Source of the DNA: Candidatus Freyarchaeum deiterrae
GTDB taxonomy: Archaea; Asgardarchaeota; Jordiarchaeia; Jordiarchaeales; Jordiarchaeaceae
Reading direction: 5' to 3'
Length of the DNA stretch: 64,000 bases
Assembly: GCA_037305845.1 (NCBI GenBank)
Contig: CP147778.1
Location: 2,208,001-2,272,000, forward strand
Shown here: one piece after another, positions 9,555-19,740 of the stretch
Position numbering within the stretch: position 1 is the first letter of the stretch
Layout of the letters: each line of letters starts with the position of its first letter
Made by a program: the position numbers and the translations under genes
The notes under the pieces: generated by a model
Databases searched by the model: none
What the model was told of the DNA's origin: nothing
What the model saw: only the letters and a program-made list of their open reading frames with translations

Positions 9555-11309
9555 TTGGAGTCAAGATTTGAAGAAATATTGGATAAAATTGTCAATGAAG
9601 GTAATATTAGTCGTGAGGATGCTTTAAAACGTATAAACGAGAAAAAGAAAAAGATGGGCGGATTACTCACGGACGACGGTGCAGCTCACCTTGTAGCAAA
9701 GGAGTTGGGATTGGATGTATTCGAGAATATTGATTATAAGAAACCCACGCTCGAAATTAAGGATATATCCCTGGAGATGAGGAATGTAACAATTACTGGA
9801 AGAGTTGCCCGTATGTTTCCTCCCCGAGAATTTACTTCAAAGGATGGAAGAAAGGGAAAAATGGCCAGTATTGTACTCGCGGATAAATCTGGAGAAATTC
9901 GGGTTATCCTATGGGGCGACCACGTACAAAACATAGAAAAAGACAAATTGAAAGATGGGCAGATTATTCGCATATTCTATGGTTACATAAAAGAGGGGCT
10001 GAAGGGCGAACCGGAGTTACACGTAGGTTACAGAGGAAGAATAGAGGTGGGGCCCAAGGATGTAAAGGCAGGCGATTACCCCAAAATAAAAACTGGGCTA
10101 ATAAAAATAAATGAAATCAAACCGAATATGATGAGTGTGGACACAGTAGGCGCTATTCAGAGGCTTTCTCCCACATCAGAATTTAAGAGACAGGATGGCA
10201 GTCAAGGAAAAGTCTGCAACATAACTCTAGTAGATGAAACTGGAGGAATTAGAACTGTTTTTTGGGACGATCGAGTGGAGATAGCCGAAAAGCTAAGCGA
10301 GGGAGACACTATTAAAATAGAAGGCGGATACACAAGAGTCGGTTTAAGAGAGGAACCGGAACTGCACGTAGGCAAACTAACAAATGTGACTGTAAATCCC
10401 GATATAAAAATAGATGTGAAAATTACACCCCAACTCAGAGAGTCATTTCAAGAATTATCTGTTAAAATTAAGGATTTACAACCAGACATGAGAAGCGTGA
10501 ACATAGAAGGACGCGTAGTCAGCGTTTCCGATGCCCGAGAATTCACCAAAAAGGATGGATCAAGCGGAAAGATGATTCCATTCACCATCGCGGATGATAC
10601 AGGGGGTGTTCGTGTGGTAGCGTGGGGAGACCATTCTGAAACTGTAAGCGGGATATCCGAAGGCGACACTGTGAAAATAAAGAGGGCGTACACTCGAACT
10701 GGTTTACAAGGAGAAGTTGAAGCGCATTTAGGTAGATACTCAGAGGTGGAATTGAATTCAGCCGAAATCGAGATTCCCGATGTTAAACTCGTTAAACCCA
10801 AAGCTACAAGTATAGTGAGAAAAAATATAGCCGAATTGGAAAAAAATCAGATTGTTGAAATTAGAGCAACTCTAGTTCAGCTATATCAGAGAAAACCGGT
10901 TTACGAAGCTTGTCCGAAGTGTGCAAAAAAAGTTGAAAAAGTAAATGATGAATGGACTTGTAAGGAACACGGGGCGATAGACAAACCTGTTATCCGCTAT
11001 GTATTCAGCGGTGTTCTAGACGATGGAAAGGGAGTGATACGAGGAAACTTCGTGGGAGACGCAGCTCAAAAGCTACTTAATATGTCTCCGGAGCAAGCGT
11101 ATGATTTGATTAAAAAAACAAACAACCAGACAGAACCCCTAAAGGTAAAGGCTCCCGAGGTAGAAGGAAAGGAAATAATGGCCATTGGGAGAGTCGTTTA
11201 CAACGAGTATTCAAAACTATTAGAACTTAATGTACAGGATATTAAAGAAGCCAATCCTGAAGAAGAATCAAAAGTACTTTTGTCAAAACTAAATAAGAAA
11301 AAGAAATAG
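9555..11309 (+). CDS. rpa: Replication protein A large subunit (multiple OB folds plus Zn finger)
   Basis: Three D.TG.IR.V.W OB repeats and a C-terminal OB fold with CPKC...C..H. Confidence 0.9.
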   Translation: MESRFEEILDKIVNEGNISREDALKRINEKKKKMGGLLTDDGAAHLVAKELGLDVFENIDYKKPTLEIKDISLEMRNVTITGRVARMFPPREFTSKDGRKGKMASIVLADKSGEIRVILWGDHVQNIEKDKLKDGQIIRIFYGYIKEGLKGEPELHVGYRGRIEVGPKDVKAGDYPKIKTGLIKINEIKPNMMSVDTVGAIQRLSPTSEFKRQDGSQGKVCNITLVDETGGIRTVFWDDRVEIAEKLSEGDTIKIEGGYTRVGLREEPELHVGKLTNVTVNPDIKIDVKITPQLRESFQELSVKIKDLQPDMRSVNIEGRVVSVSDAREFTKKDGSSGKMIPFTIADDTGGVRVVAWGDHSETVSGISEGDTVKIKRAYTRTGLQGEVEAHLGRYSEVELNSAEIEIPDVKLVKPKATSIVRKNIAELEKNQIVEIRATLVQLYQRKPVYEACPKCAKKVEKVNDEWTCKEHGAIDKPVIRYVFSGVLDDGKGVIRGNFVGDAAQKLLNMSPEQAYDLIKKTNNQTEPLKVKAPEVEGKEIMAIGRVVYNEYSKLLELNVQDIKEANPEEESKVLLSKLNKKKK

Positions 11310-11515
11310 TCGTACTTGGGCCTAAGGCACGTATCTAAACTTCTAAAAACCACCTTTGTAAGTCGAAACTCAAATGAAGTTTGTATCTTACTCTAGCTAG
11401 AGCAAATAAGGAGAAACGTATAAGACAATTCCCTCGTATTGTTTTCAGGTACAGCAAATCCGCCTCCTAACAAGAGTTGGAAATTAAAAATTGAAATACT
11501 TGTACCCGAATTGTT

Positions 11516-12139
11516 TTGGTGATATTTTTGGAAGAAAAGTCAGAATGCCCTTTCTGTGGTAGAGAATCTCTGGAAAGCTCCTTTACTAGTCTAAATATAC
11601 CTTATTTTAGCGAAATATTTCTGGTAAAATTTCACTGCCCATTATGCGGTTATACTGCTAGCGACTTCCTAAGTACTCGATATGGAAGACCGACTAGATG
11701 CATCTACAAGGTCAAAAACGAAAAAGAACTAACTGCACGTGTGATCAGAGCTGCCACCGGGACAATAAAAATTCCCGAATTAGGCACAGTGATTGAGCCT
11801 GGTCCGGCCTCTCAAGCATTCGTCACCAATGTTGAAGGAGTCATAGCAAATATACTAGCTGTTGCAGAAACGGCTAGAAAATGGACAGAGACAGAGGACG
11901 AAAAGAGAAACTGCGATTTAGCCATAGAAAAAATAAAAAAGGCACAAACCGGTGAATTACCTTTCACGATTATACTTGAGGATCCATTCGGAAACAGCAT
12001 GATAATCGCAAAAAATCAATCTAGCGTAAGTGTAGAAGAATTAACCGAAGAAGAATTGGAAAACCTCAGAACCGGAGGCTTAATGCTCTTCACACCCAGC
12101 GACCCAAATGAAAAAGTAGGAAATACCGATTATAAATGA
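11516..12139 (+). CDS. ZPR1-related zinc finger protein
   Basis: CPFC, IPYF, CPLCGY, IPELG..IEPGP, TNVEG and DPFGNS motifs. Confidence 0.92.
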   Translation: MVIFLEEKSECPFCGRESLESSFTSLNIPYFSEIFLVKFHCPLCGYTASDFLSTRYGRPTRCIYKVKNEKELTARVIRAATGTIKIPELGTVIEPGPASQAFVTNVEGVIANILAVAETARKWTETEDEKRNCDLAIEKIKKAQTGELPFTIILEDPFGNSMIIAKNQSSVSVEELTEEELENLRTGGLMLFTPSDPNEKVGNTDYK

Positions 12140-12189
12140 AAAGTTCTTTCCTACCATCCTAATTCGGGCAATCTCTGCTTTTTGATTTC

Positions 12190-12411
12190 TTAAAAGAACG
12201 GAAGAATACTACGTATAAGACTTGAATTTTGGGTTGTAAAGAATAGCGAAGCAATGACTACAATGATGAGCCCTACACTCATAACGACCACTAGGGTGGG
12301 TCCTATCTTAGGTCCTGCAGTTTCTTCCTCAAAGAATCGTATCAAACCAGCGCCTGCAATGGGCATAGGAGCTTGATCTGAACTCTTTCTCCTTTTCTTA
12401 ACCTTCGACAA
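12190..12411 (-). CDS. secG: Preprotein translocase subunit Sec61beta/SecG
   Basis: GAGLIRFFEEE..GPKIGP followed by one TM helix. Confidence 0.9.
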   Translation of the reverse strand: MSKVKKRRKSSDQAPMPIAGAGLIRFFEEETAGPKIGPTLVVVMSVGLIIVVIASLFFTTQNSSLIRSILPFF

Positions 12412-12670
12412 TTGTTTTCCTCCTAAGGTCTTGTTTAGGAACCGTATATAAAAATGTTTTCTGTCACCAATTATATGCGGTATGTACCTGTTTGTTATTA
12501 TAACACTTTCAAGGATTTAACTCCTAAAAGGGGCTTTTTAAAAATTCCTCTCAAATCAAAACCAAATGATTTCCACGCCCGCCGTTTTTATTGATTAGAA
12601 ATAAAACTAATCTATTTCGAAAATAATGCAAATTTCGCCTTTTTTTTAAAATCCTGTTCATTTGATACTT

Positions 12671-12964
12671 TTATAATCTGAATTCGCATTGGCACGGATT
12701 ATCTTTACATCTGGGGCACTTTCCAGGATATTTTTTTTGAGCCGCTTCTTCCAAGTCTATGTCAAGTACATTAGCGAGGCTAGCAAGCCAAGCAAAAACA
12801 TCAGCAAGTTCTTCTTTTATTTTATCCTTGTCTTCGGTTCTCAGAACACGAGCCAATTCTCCAATCTCACTCACCAACCAAACAAAATTACCAAGTCTGC
12901 CTCGTTTTTTATCGTTCTTAAAATAAAGATCGTGCATTAACTGTTGAAACTCTTTTATTTCCAT
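12671..12964 (-). CDS. MazG-like nucleotide pyrophosphohydrolase
   Basis: E.GELA, EELADV.AWL.SLAN and KYP..CPRC motifs. Confidence 0.9.
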   Translation of the reverse strand: MEIKEFQQLMHDLYFKNDKKRGRLGNFVWLVSEIGELARVLRTEDKDKIKEELADVFAWLASLANVLDIDLEEAAQKKYPGKCPRCKDNPCQCEFRL

Positions 12965-13269
12965 AAAACCACCTCAATTTGAACTCATATCTTAAAAGCG
13001 GGGAAGAATTGGTGTTCTTTCGACTTCAATAGTTCTGTATTCTTCTTTTATATTTTTGAATGTGGCGTGTATTCTCACCTACAGTCCACCATTATATGGC
13101 TGGTAAAGAACGCCTTGCTTATAAAGCATCAGCATCCAAATTTTAAAATCGTTAAATATATTTAATAATGCACGTGAAGTATAAATATTTAAAAATTAAA
13201 CCTAATTTTAAAAAAGGGAATACATAGGATCTGGGTGTGGCGTTGAACTTAGCATGGAGGTAGTAGATT

Positions 13270-14118
13270 TTGAAGGTTCAGGATATCATAGAAGAAAAAG
13301 TGCCATATGTAACTGTGCCGGGAACGAGAGAGGATGTACTCAAAGTCATGGGAGAGAGTGGAATAACATTCTTACCGGTAGTTAAAAAGGGCAAGATGGA
13401 AGTTGTGGGAACAATCTCGGAAAAAAGTCTGATGGACAAACCAGAAGAAAGCCAAATTGGATTATTGATGACTAGGGATCCCATAACTGTATCCAAGGAA
13501 ACCCCCATCAAAGATTTAGTGAAGATATTATTAGAAAACAATCTGCGATATGTTCCAGTCACTAAAAATGGTAAAGATCTCGTGGGACTAGTGTCGGTAG
13601 CGGATGTGGTTAGAAAAGCAATCGCGGTTGAAAAAGAATCCGGACCAATAAAAAATTATGTTAAAAAAGAGCTGGTAACCGTCTGGGAAGGGACGCCCGT
13701 CCTTGTCGCGTTCACAATAATGAGACTTGCAAGAGTAAGCATATTACCTGTACTGGATGACAATGGAAAACTCTCAGGAATAATTGACGCATCTGATTTT
13801 CTACATTTAAGCGAGGTTGTGTCTGAGGAGAAGGTATCGAGTATAACTGCTGGCAGCGAAGGAACAGATTGGAGCTGGGATTCAGGAGACGTATTCCACA
13901 TTACCACCAAAACACTTCGTTTACCTAATAAACCAATTAAAGAGGTAATGACAAGAAGCGTGGAGGCGGTGACGGAACTCACAAGCTTTGATGACTGCGC
14001 GAAAAGAATGAGAAAGCTTGATTTAAATCAGATACCAGTTACTGATGCAACAGGAAATATCAGCGGTATAATCCACGATGTAGATTTAATCAAAGGCTTT
14101 TTCCAAATCTCCGTATAG
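13270..14118 (+). CDS. CBS domain protein (MJ1225-like)
   Basis: Four CBS repeats with the WSWD insertion typical of this archaeal family. Confidence 0.88.
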   Translation: MKVQDIIEEKVPYVTVPGTREDVLKVMGESGITFLPVVKKGKMEVVGTISEKSLMDKPEESQIGLLMTRDPITVSKETPIKDLVKILLENNLRYVPVTKNGKDLVGLVSVADVVRKAIAVEKESGPIKNYVKKELVTVWEGTPVLVAFTIMRLARVSILPVLDDNGKLSGIIDASDFLHLSEVVSEEKVSSITAGSEGTDWSWDSGDVFHITTKTLRLPNKPIKEVMTRSVEAVTELTSFDDCAKRMRKLDLNQIPVTDATGNISGIIHDVDLIKGFFQISV

Positions 14119-14233
14119 CGATACCAAGGTGCCAACGTTAAAAAAAGAGACATTGCAACTGCTTTCTCCTAAAAAAAGCCCACATAGATTTAATCTGAGA
14201 AAAATTTAGAAAATGAAAACTTGAGAAAATGGC

Positions 14234-14398
14234 CTACTTCTTTGTGGCTTGTCGTTTCTTAAGCCTGAGCCTTTTGCTTTTGCACCTGCGGCATTTGGTT
14301 GCTGATAAAGCGTTCCGTGCGTAGCACTTCCTGCAAATTTTGACATACAATAAGTGTTCCTGCGCGATTCTTCTTTTATCAGGGTCTCCAATAGGCAT
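14234..14398 (-). CDS. rpl40e: 50S ribosomal protein L40e (missed by the ORF track)
   Basis: Manual translation MPIGDPDKRRIAQEHLLYVKICRKCYARNALSATKCRRCKSKRLRLKKRQATKK; GGTGAGTGA ribosome-binding site upstream. Confidence 0.95.
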   Translation of the reverse strand: MPIGDPDKRRIAQEHLLYVKICRKCYARNALSATKCRRCKSKRLRLKKRQATKK

Positions 14399-14532
14399 AA
14401 TCACTCACCTGTAGTGCTGAGTACTGTCTTCTTGAAACCATAATACGCTTTTAAGCTTTTTCTCTAAAGTTCGTTGCATAATAAATAGATATGTTTTTGG
14501 TGAGGTTAAATCAAACTTTTTTTTCTAAAAAG

Positions 14533-15018
14533 TTAGGTTATTGTTTCTAGTACAACATGGGCGTTGGTTTCTTCTACTCCATCAATTTCTGAAACTATTT
14601 TTAGGAATTTATCAAGCTTGGGTTGAGTAACCAGCGCGATAATGTCAACGGTGCCTGTGACCCTAAAAATTCTTGAAGCTCCCGCATTTTTTATCTCCTC
14701 ATAGGCTTTTATCCTCTTTTGTGGAAAGACCTTTATGAATACAAATGCATCGGTGTCTGATTCTCCAAGAAGACTTAGGGCTTTACTCGTGAGATCAATA
14801 AACCCTCTCCCCGTTCTAATAAAGTTGCCATCTCGAAGTTTTCTAAGATGGTTGCTAAGACCCTGTCGCGTTATTCCCATTTCTTTTGCAAGAGCGGTCT
14901 GGGTCCTGTAAATTGAGCAAACTCTAATGTTCTTACCGTTATCGTGCAACTTTTTTAAGATCTGAATCTGCTTCTCGGTTAGTTTGAAGACATTTTCGTT
15001 ATCCATCCTAAAACTCAT
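14533..15018 (-). CDS. Lrp/AsnC-like transcriptional regulator
   Basis: TQTALAKEMGITRQGLSNHL HTH, IRTGRGFID and VTG..DIIA motifs. Confidence 0.85.
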   Translation of the reverse strand: MSFRMDNENVFKLTEKQIQILKKLHDNGKNIRVCSIYRTQTALAKEMGITRQGLSNHLRKLRDGNFIRTGRGFIDLTSKALSLLGESDTDAFVFIKVFPQKRIKAYEEIKNAGASRIFRVTGTVDIIALVTQPKLDKFLKIVSEIDGVEETNAHVVLETIT

Positions 15019-15228
15019 CCTAGACCTTTTAATCTACATCTTTACATATGTAAATAAAAAAGTTTTTGTAGAATAACCATAAGAATTGAAACTGATAATT
15101 TACAAAAAATAGTGTTTAAAAGAATTAATCACAAAATCTGTTAAGTTTTATAAATCACAAAAGCTATAATTCAAATTACCAACATTTTTACCACAATTTC
15201 TTCGTAAAAAGTGTAGGAGATTATTTCC

Positions 15229-15858
15229 ATGCCGGCTGTTGAATTCAAATCTGGAGAATTAACACTAGAAGGTTACCTTGAAATTCCAAAAGGAGACGGC
15301 CCTTTTCCCGTTTCTATAGTTTGCCATCCACATCCCCTATATGGGGGCGAAATGCACAACAACGTAGTAATTGGTGTATGCTCGAACCTTATTAAGAACC
15401 AAACAGCTGCATTGAGATTTAACTTCCGAGGCGTAGGGAGAAGTGAGGGAGAATACGGCGATGGAATAAAAGAACAGGATGATACAAGAGCAGCTCTCGA
15501 ATTTCTTCTTCAAAGCGATGAAATAGATCCTAACAGAATAACACTCACCGGATACTCTTTCGGAGCATTTGTAGGATTAGCAGCTCTCTACAATAATGAA
15601 AACATCAAAGCACTAGTAGGAATCTCTCCTCCTCTAACACTATTCGAATTCAACTATCTGAAAACCTGCACAAAACCAAAACTGCTAATCATAGGGAACA
15701 TGGACCAATATACACCCGAAAAAATGTTCAACAGTTTTTACGAAAAACTCCCCGAACCCAAAGAAAAAAGAATACTTCAAGGAGTAGACCACTTCTACGG
15801 GGGTTACGAAAACGAGGTGGGAAGAATAACCTCTCAATTCCTACAAAAAAACCTGTAA
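15229..15858 (+). CDS. Alpha/beta hydrolase (COG2945-like)
   Basis: CHPHPLYGG.M.N.VV, LRFNFRGVG.S.G, GYSFGA and DHFY motifs. Confidence 0.92.
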   Translation: MPAVEFKSGELTLEGYLEIPKGDGPFPVSIVCHPHPLYGGEMHNNVVIGVCSNLIKNQTAALRFNFRGVGRSEGEYGDGIKEQDDTRAALEFLLQSDEIDPNRITLTGYSFGAFVGLAALYNNENIKALVGISPPLTLFEFNYLKTCTKPKLLIIGNMDQYTPEKMFNSFYEKLPEPKEKRILQGVDHFYGGYENEVGRITSQFLQKNL

Positions 15859-15982
15859 GAAATCATTAATTGAAAAACACCTTAAAATTATAAGGTATCA
15901 TCTACAATTTAATAATATAAAAAAATAGGGACCAAATAGTTCTTATGGCATTTTTTGGTCCATTTAACTTCTAACCTCTGGA

Positions 15983-16429
15983 TTACTTCTTCTTCTTGGC
16001 TTTAGCTTTTGACTCCTTTCCTTCTTCGCCTTCCTCTTCTTCAGCTTTCTCAAGCTCTTCTAAGGGGACAGGTGGAGGTGTTGTAAGCATTGTATAACCA
16101 ATCCAGGCTGCGATGACAAGGATTAGAGTTACCGCGAGCCAGATAGGAATCGCTACAGCTACGAACCTCGGCGGGACAGCTACCAAACTCAGAAGTCCTC
16201 CGAATATTGGTGAAAATGAGAAATAGTACTGTATATACACGAGAGTGTTGAAGCCTAATAGTTGGCTTGTATTTCCGTAATATGCTAGTAGGAGTTGCAT
16301 TGTTGAGGTTCCGTTGTCTACTTGTGATCCTATAAAGACTCCGTAGACCAATGTTATCCAGCTGTACCAGAGGATAATTACCACTGCAACAATGAGTATT
16401 ATGGCGCCATAAATTTTGTCTCTAGCCAT
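15983..16429 (-). CDS. Conserved archaeal two-TM membrane protein (DPM2-like ends) with an extended loop
   Basis: MARDKIYGAII... and WIGYTMLTTPPP motifs with a charged tail; ATG at 16429 preferred. Confidence 0.6.
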   Translation of the reverse strand: MARDKIYGAIILIVAVVIILWYSWITLVYGVFIGSQVDNGTSTMQLLLAYYGNTSQLLGFNTLVYIQYYFSFSPIFGGLLSLVAVPPRFVAVAIPIWLAVTLILVIAAWIGYTMLTTPPPVPLEELEKAEEEEGEEGKESKAKAKKKK

Positions 16430-16639
16430 TTTTATTCTCTCCAAATATTGCCTTTTACGCATTACTCTTTTGGGTTATTAGCTTTTCGGGTGATGCTGTT
16501 AGGAAGTCATTGATACTGATGCTTTCATATTTACCCTACAAGACATTAATAAAAATTTCTCTAATGGCACAAATTCCAGTGAGTGGATTACTCTCGTTGA
16601 GTTGATTATTTTTAGTTTTAAGGTTTTCAAAATAGAAAA

Positions 16640-17500
16640 TTAAATTTCTATTTCTTTCAGATATTCGCTAATTGTAACTATCTTATTATAATCTTCTTTT
16701 AACTGAGTTAACAAAATCTTCAGATCATTCACATTTTTTCCCATTTCCTTCTCCCCAAGAACCCTTTTTTCTTTAATAAAATAAGCTAGATGCCAAGGAT
16801 GGAAAGAGATTTGAAGCAATCCACCCTTATCGTTTTTTTGATATACCTTTAAGATTTTCTTGTATTCATCTATGCTTCTCCCTCTCTCAAAGAGCGCCCA
16901 GGTATAGAGTGACATTTTCCCCGGATTCAGTGGATAAACAGGGAGTGGAACCTCTATTATGCTATTCTGCTTTTCTTTTATGCGATACGGGAATGGAGGT
17001 TCAGTAGTTTCTACCGTTATTGATGAGTCGTATAAATATCCGAGTTTGACCAGAGCTTTAATGGTGTCGGAGTTTGCTCTAAGATACGGCGCCCTAAATC
17101 CCTTAGGCTCAACGTTTAACATTCTCTTAATGGTTTGCGTTGCTTCTTTCAAAATTCCAAGCTGTTGATTATAATCTATTCTTATACCAGTTCCCTCCCC
17201 CGTTAAATCCTCGTGATCCATTCCGTGGCAACCCACTTCATTTTTTAACAACGGTTTTACCAGTTCACCTTGCTGCTCTTTGAGATATAATAAGGCTCTC
17301 GCCTCAATAAAAAACGTGGCTTGTATCTCTAATTCGTTCAGAAGCTCTAGTGTTCTAGTAAGGCCCCTAACTGTGCAGTCAAAAACGGCATCTGTTTTCC
17401 CATCAAAATTGGATATCAGAACATCGCTAACCGCTTGCTTAACTCCTTTGACCGGCATAGGGCAATCTCTGTCCAAGTCTATGGAAATTGCAACGTTAAT
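16640..17500 (-). CDS. Polysaccharide deacetylase (NodB family); start probably ATT at 17500
   Basis: ISIDLD, ATFF, EVGCHG..H, GFRAP, YDSS and FHPW motifs. The ORF-track extension to 17791 overlaps folD. Confidence 0.85.
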   Translation of the reverse strand: MNVAISIDLDRDCPMPVKGVKQAVSDVLISNFDGKTDAVFDCTVRGLTRTLELLNELEIQATFFIEARALLYLKEQQGELVKPLLKNEVGCHGMDHEDLTGEGTGIRIDYNQQLGILKEATQTIKRMLNVEPKGFRAPYLRANSDTIKALVKLGYLYDSSITVETTEPPFPYRIKEKQNSIIEVPLPVYPLNPGKMSLYTWALFERGRSIDEYKKILKVYQKNDKGGLLQISFHPWHLAYFIKEKRVLGEKEMGKNVNDLKILLTQLKEDYNKIVTISEYLKEIEI

Positions 17501-17599
17501 CCTTATTTCCTCCTTCAGACATTTGAATGATGAGAGAACAACATAGACGTCAACTTTAAAAATAATTCGGCAAAACTCAACTTGGAGGTTTGGTTGGTA

Positions 17600-18454
17600 A
17601 TGGTTGCGAAGATACTTGATGGCAAGGAAATTGCGGCTAGTATAGAAGAAGAGATAATGGAAGAGACAAGGGAACTCTTGGAAAAATACGATGTGACACC
17701 CGGTCTTGCAGTTATCCTTGTGGGAAGCGATCCGGGTTCTCAAGTTTATGTAAATATAAAGAAAAAGTCCAGTAGTAGAATGGCTTTCCACTTTGAGGAT
17801 TACGTGTTACCAGACACGTCTGAGGAAGCGGAAATAATTGAACTCATCCAGCGATTAAACGAGAATGATAGAATTCACGGAATTTTGGTTCAGCTTCCCC
17901 TGCCAAAACATTTGGATGAAAATCGGATAATCTCCGCCATTTCTCCCGAAAAGGATGTGGATGGCTTGCACCCGGTTAATGCTGGCAAACTTCTCCTGAA
18001 GCAGGAGGGATTTGTTGCTAACACGCCCGCCGGTATTTTGGAGATGCTGAGGAGAAATAACATAGATGTAAAAGGTAAGGACGTTGTTATCGTGAATAGA
18101 AGTAAGATTGTGGGCAAACCACTCATGGTTCTGTTAATTAATAACGATGCAACGGTTACCGTTTGCCACACAAAAACAAGGGACATAAAAGCCCACACAA
18201 GACAAGCGGATATCCTAGTAGTCGCAGTAGCAACACCGAAATTCATAACCGCTGACATGGTAAAAGAGGGAGCTATCGTTATTGACGTTGGGACGAATAG
18301 GGTAGAAGGTAGATTATGTGGAGATGTGGATTTCGAAGGAGTAAAGGAAAAAGTCTCCTATATCTCTCCTGTTCCGGGCGGAGTTGGACCCATGACTGTG
18401 GTTATGCTGATGAGAAATGTTCTTCTGGCGGCGAAACGAAATCTAAAAAAATAA
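17600..18454 (+). CDS. folD: Methylenetetrahydrofolate dehydrogenase/cyclohydrolase
   Basis: ILDGK, HGILVQLPLP, KDVDG, VGKP and PVPGGVGPMT motifs. Confidence 0.97.
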   Translation: MVAKILDGKEIAASIEEEIMEETRELLEKYDVTPGLAVILVGSDPGSQVYVNIKKKSSSRMAFHFEDYVLPDTSEEAEIIELIQRLNENDRIHGILVQLPLPKHLDENRIISAISPEKDVDGLHPVNAGKLLLKQEGFVANTPAGILEMLRRNNIDVKGKDVVIVNRSKIVGKPLMVLLINNDATVTVCHTKTRDIKAHTRQADILVVAVATPKFITADMVKEGAIVIDVGTNRVEGRLCGDVDFEGVKEKVSYISPVPGGVGPMTVVMLMRNVLLAAKRNLKK

Positions 18455-18562
18455 TGACTTCTTCTTCTGCTGTTTTAATTCCACAATTTTCTCCTTCCTG
18501 AGTTTTATTTAGTTGTATTAGCTTTGAATAAAAAAAAGAGAGGGTGCTGATAACCCTTTTTA

Positions 18563-19405
18563 CTATTTGCTTTTTGGTTTCGGCTTTGGTTTTTCGTATC
18601 TTCTGCGGAACCAGTCTGGTAACACGTAACCTACGTATGTGGGTATTGCGGATATCAGTACTAATGTCCATCCAATGAATAGAAAGATTGTCCAACCGCC
18701 CAAGATGCTGTCGATGAGGTAGCACCCGAAGAACAAAATAAAGAGCACCGCTGTGAGGGATACAAGCAGGAAGCCTCTCTTGTAGAGTTTGCTGTCTGTT
18801 AGGCGCATAGCTTTTATAGAGTAATAAATCAGTAATCCCTGAGTTACCAATCCAACCCCAAAAGCGAGGAACCAGTTAATTGTTATGTTTGTGTTTGCTA
18901 TGAGTACAAAGATGACTGCACCTATGAAAACACCGTAGGGTGCAACATACTTTGCTTTCACTTCTTTGAAGGCCGAAAGGGTGAACAGGAAGATGAACAA
19001 GTGTCCTATCGCCGCGGCTATGAGTGAGGCGCTCCACTGATAAATCAAAAGCATCGTATAACCCCACACGTGATAGACTAACCATGTTGCCAAATTGTTG
19101 AAAGTGGAAAATAGTATTGCTACGAACCCAAATGGAATGAAATAACCAGTCAGTGCATATGTTAGTGCGGGGGGGAACAAAGAGTCCATCAGTATTAAGC
19201 TCCAGTAACTAGTATAGATAATATGTCCATAGCCAGCGAACAATGCACCAAAAACGTACACGAAATATGTTAAAGACAGATATCCTATAGCTGCACTTCG
19301 CCTTTGTCGCCAGCGTACCGCAAAGATAGCACCGATTACAAAAAGTAGTACCGCCATTAAAATCTCGTATATTATCAGTTCGTTTAAAATATCTAAGCTA
19401 ATCAA
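18563..19405 (-). CDS. Hypothetical multi-pass (about 7-8 TM) membrane protein
   Basis: Series of hydrophobic helices ending in Y.GY.LPDWFRRR. Confidence 0.75.
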   Translation of the reverse strand: MISLDILNELIIYEILMAVLLFVIGAIFAVRWRQRRSAAIGYLSLTYFVYVFGALFAGYGHIIYTSYWSLILMDSLFPPALTYALTGYFIPFGFVAILFSTFNNLATWLVYHVWGYTMLLIYQWSASLIAAAIGHLFIFLFTLSAFKEVKAKYVAPYGVFIGAVIFVLIANTNITINWFLAFGVGLVTQGLLIYYSIKAMRLTDSKLYKRGFLLVSLTAVLFILFFGCYLIDSILGGWTIFLFIGWTLVLISAIPTYVGYVLPDWFRRRYEKPKPKPKSK

Positions 19406-19740
19406 ACTTTCTATCCCCGAAAATCATTGTAACTCTTATAATTATTATTCTGTTAATGTTTTTAAATTATATTTAGAATAACTAATAATTATAGCTTTTG
19501 TTAAGAAAAATACTAATAATTATTTTTATAAAATTTGATTAAATTTCAATCTCCTCTCGTTGAGTTTAAATGCTATAAGTGTCTTCTAATTTTTAGTTAG
19601 AGAATATTTAATAGTTTGTGAAACATGATTCTTTCAAGAATCTTAATATTTATACCAGTAATCTAAAAAGTGTTAGATATTTTCTCTGTCCTTTGCATCA
19701 TTTTTGCTTCTTAAATCTAAATAACAGGGAAGTGAGAAGT

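Noticed and set aside
14206-14391. ORF-track 61-aa ORF
   Set aside because: Wrong frame; the real gene is rpl40e at 14234-14398.
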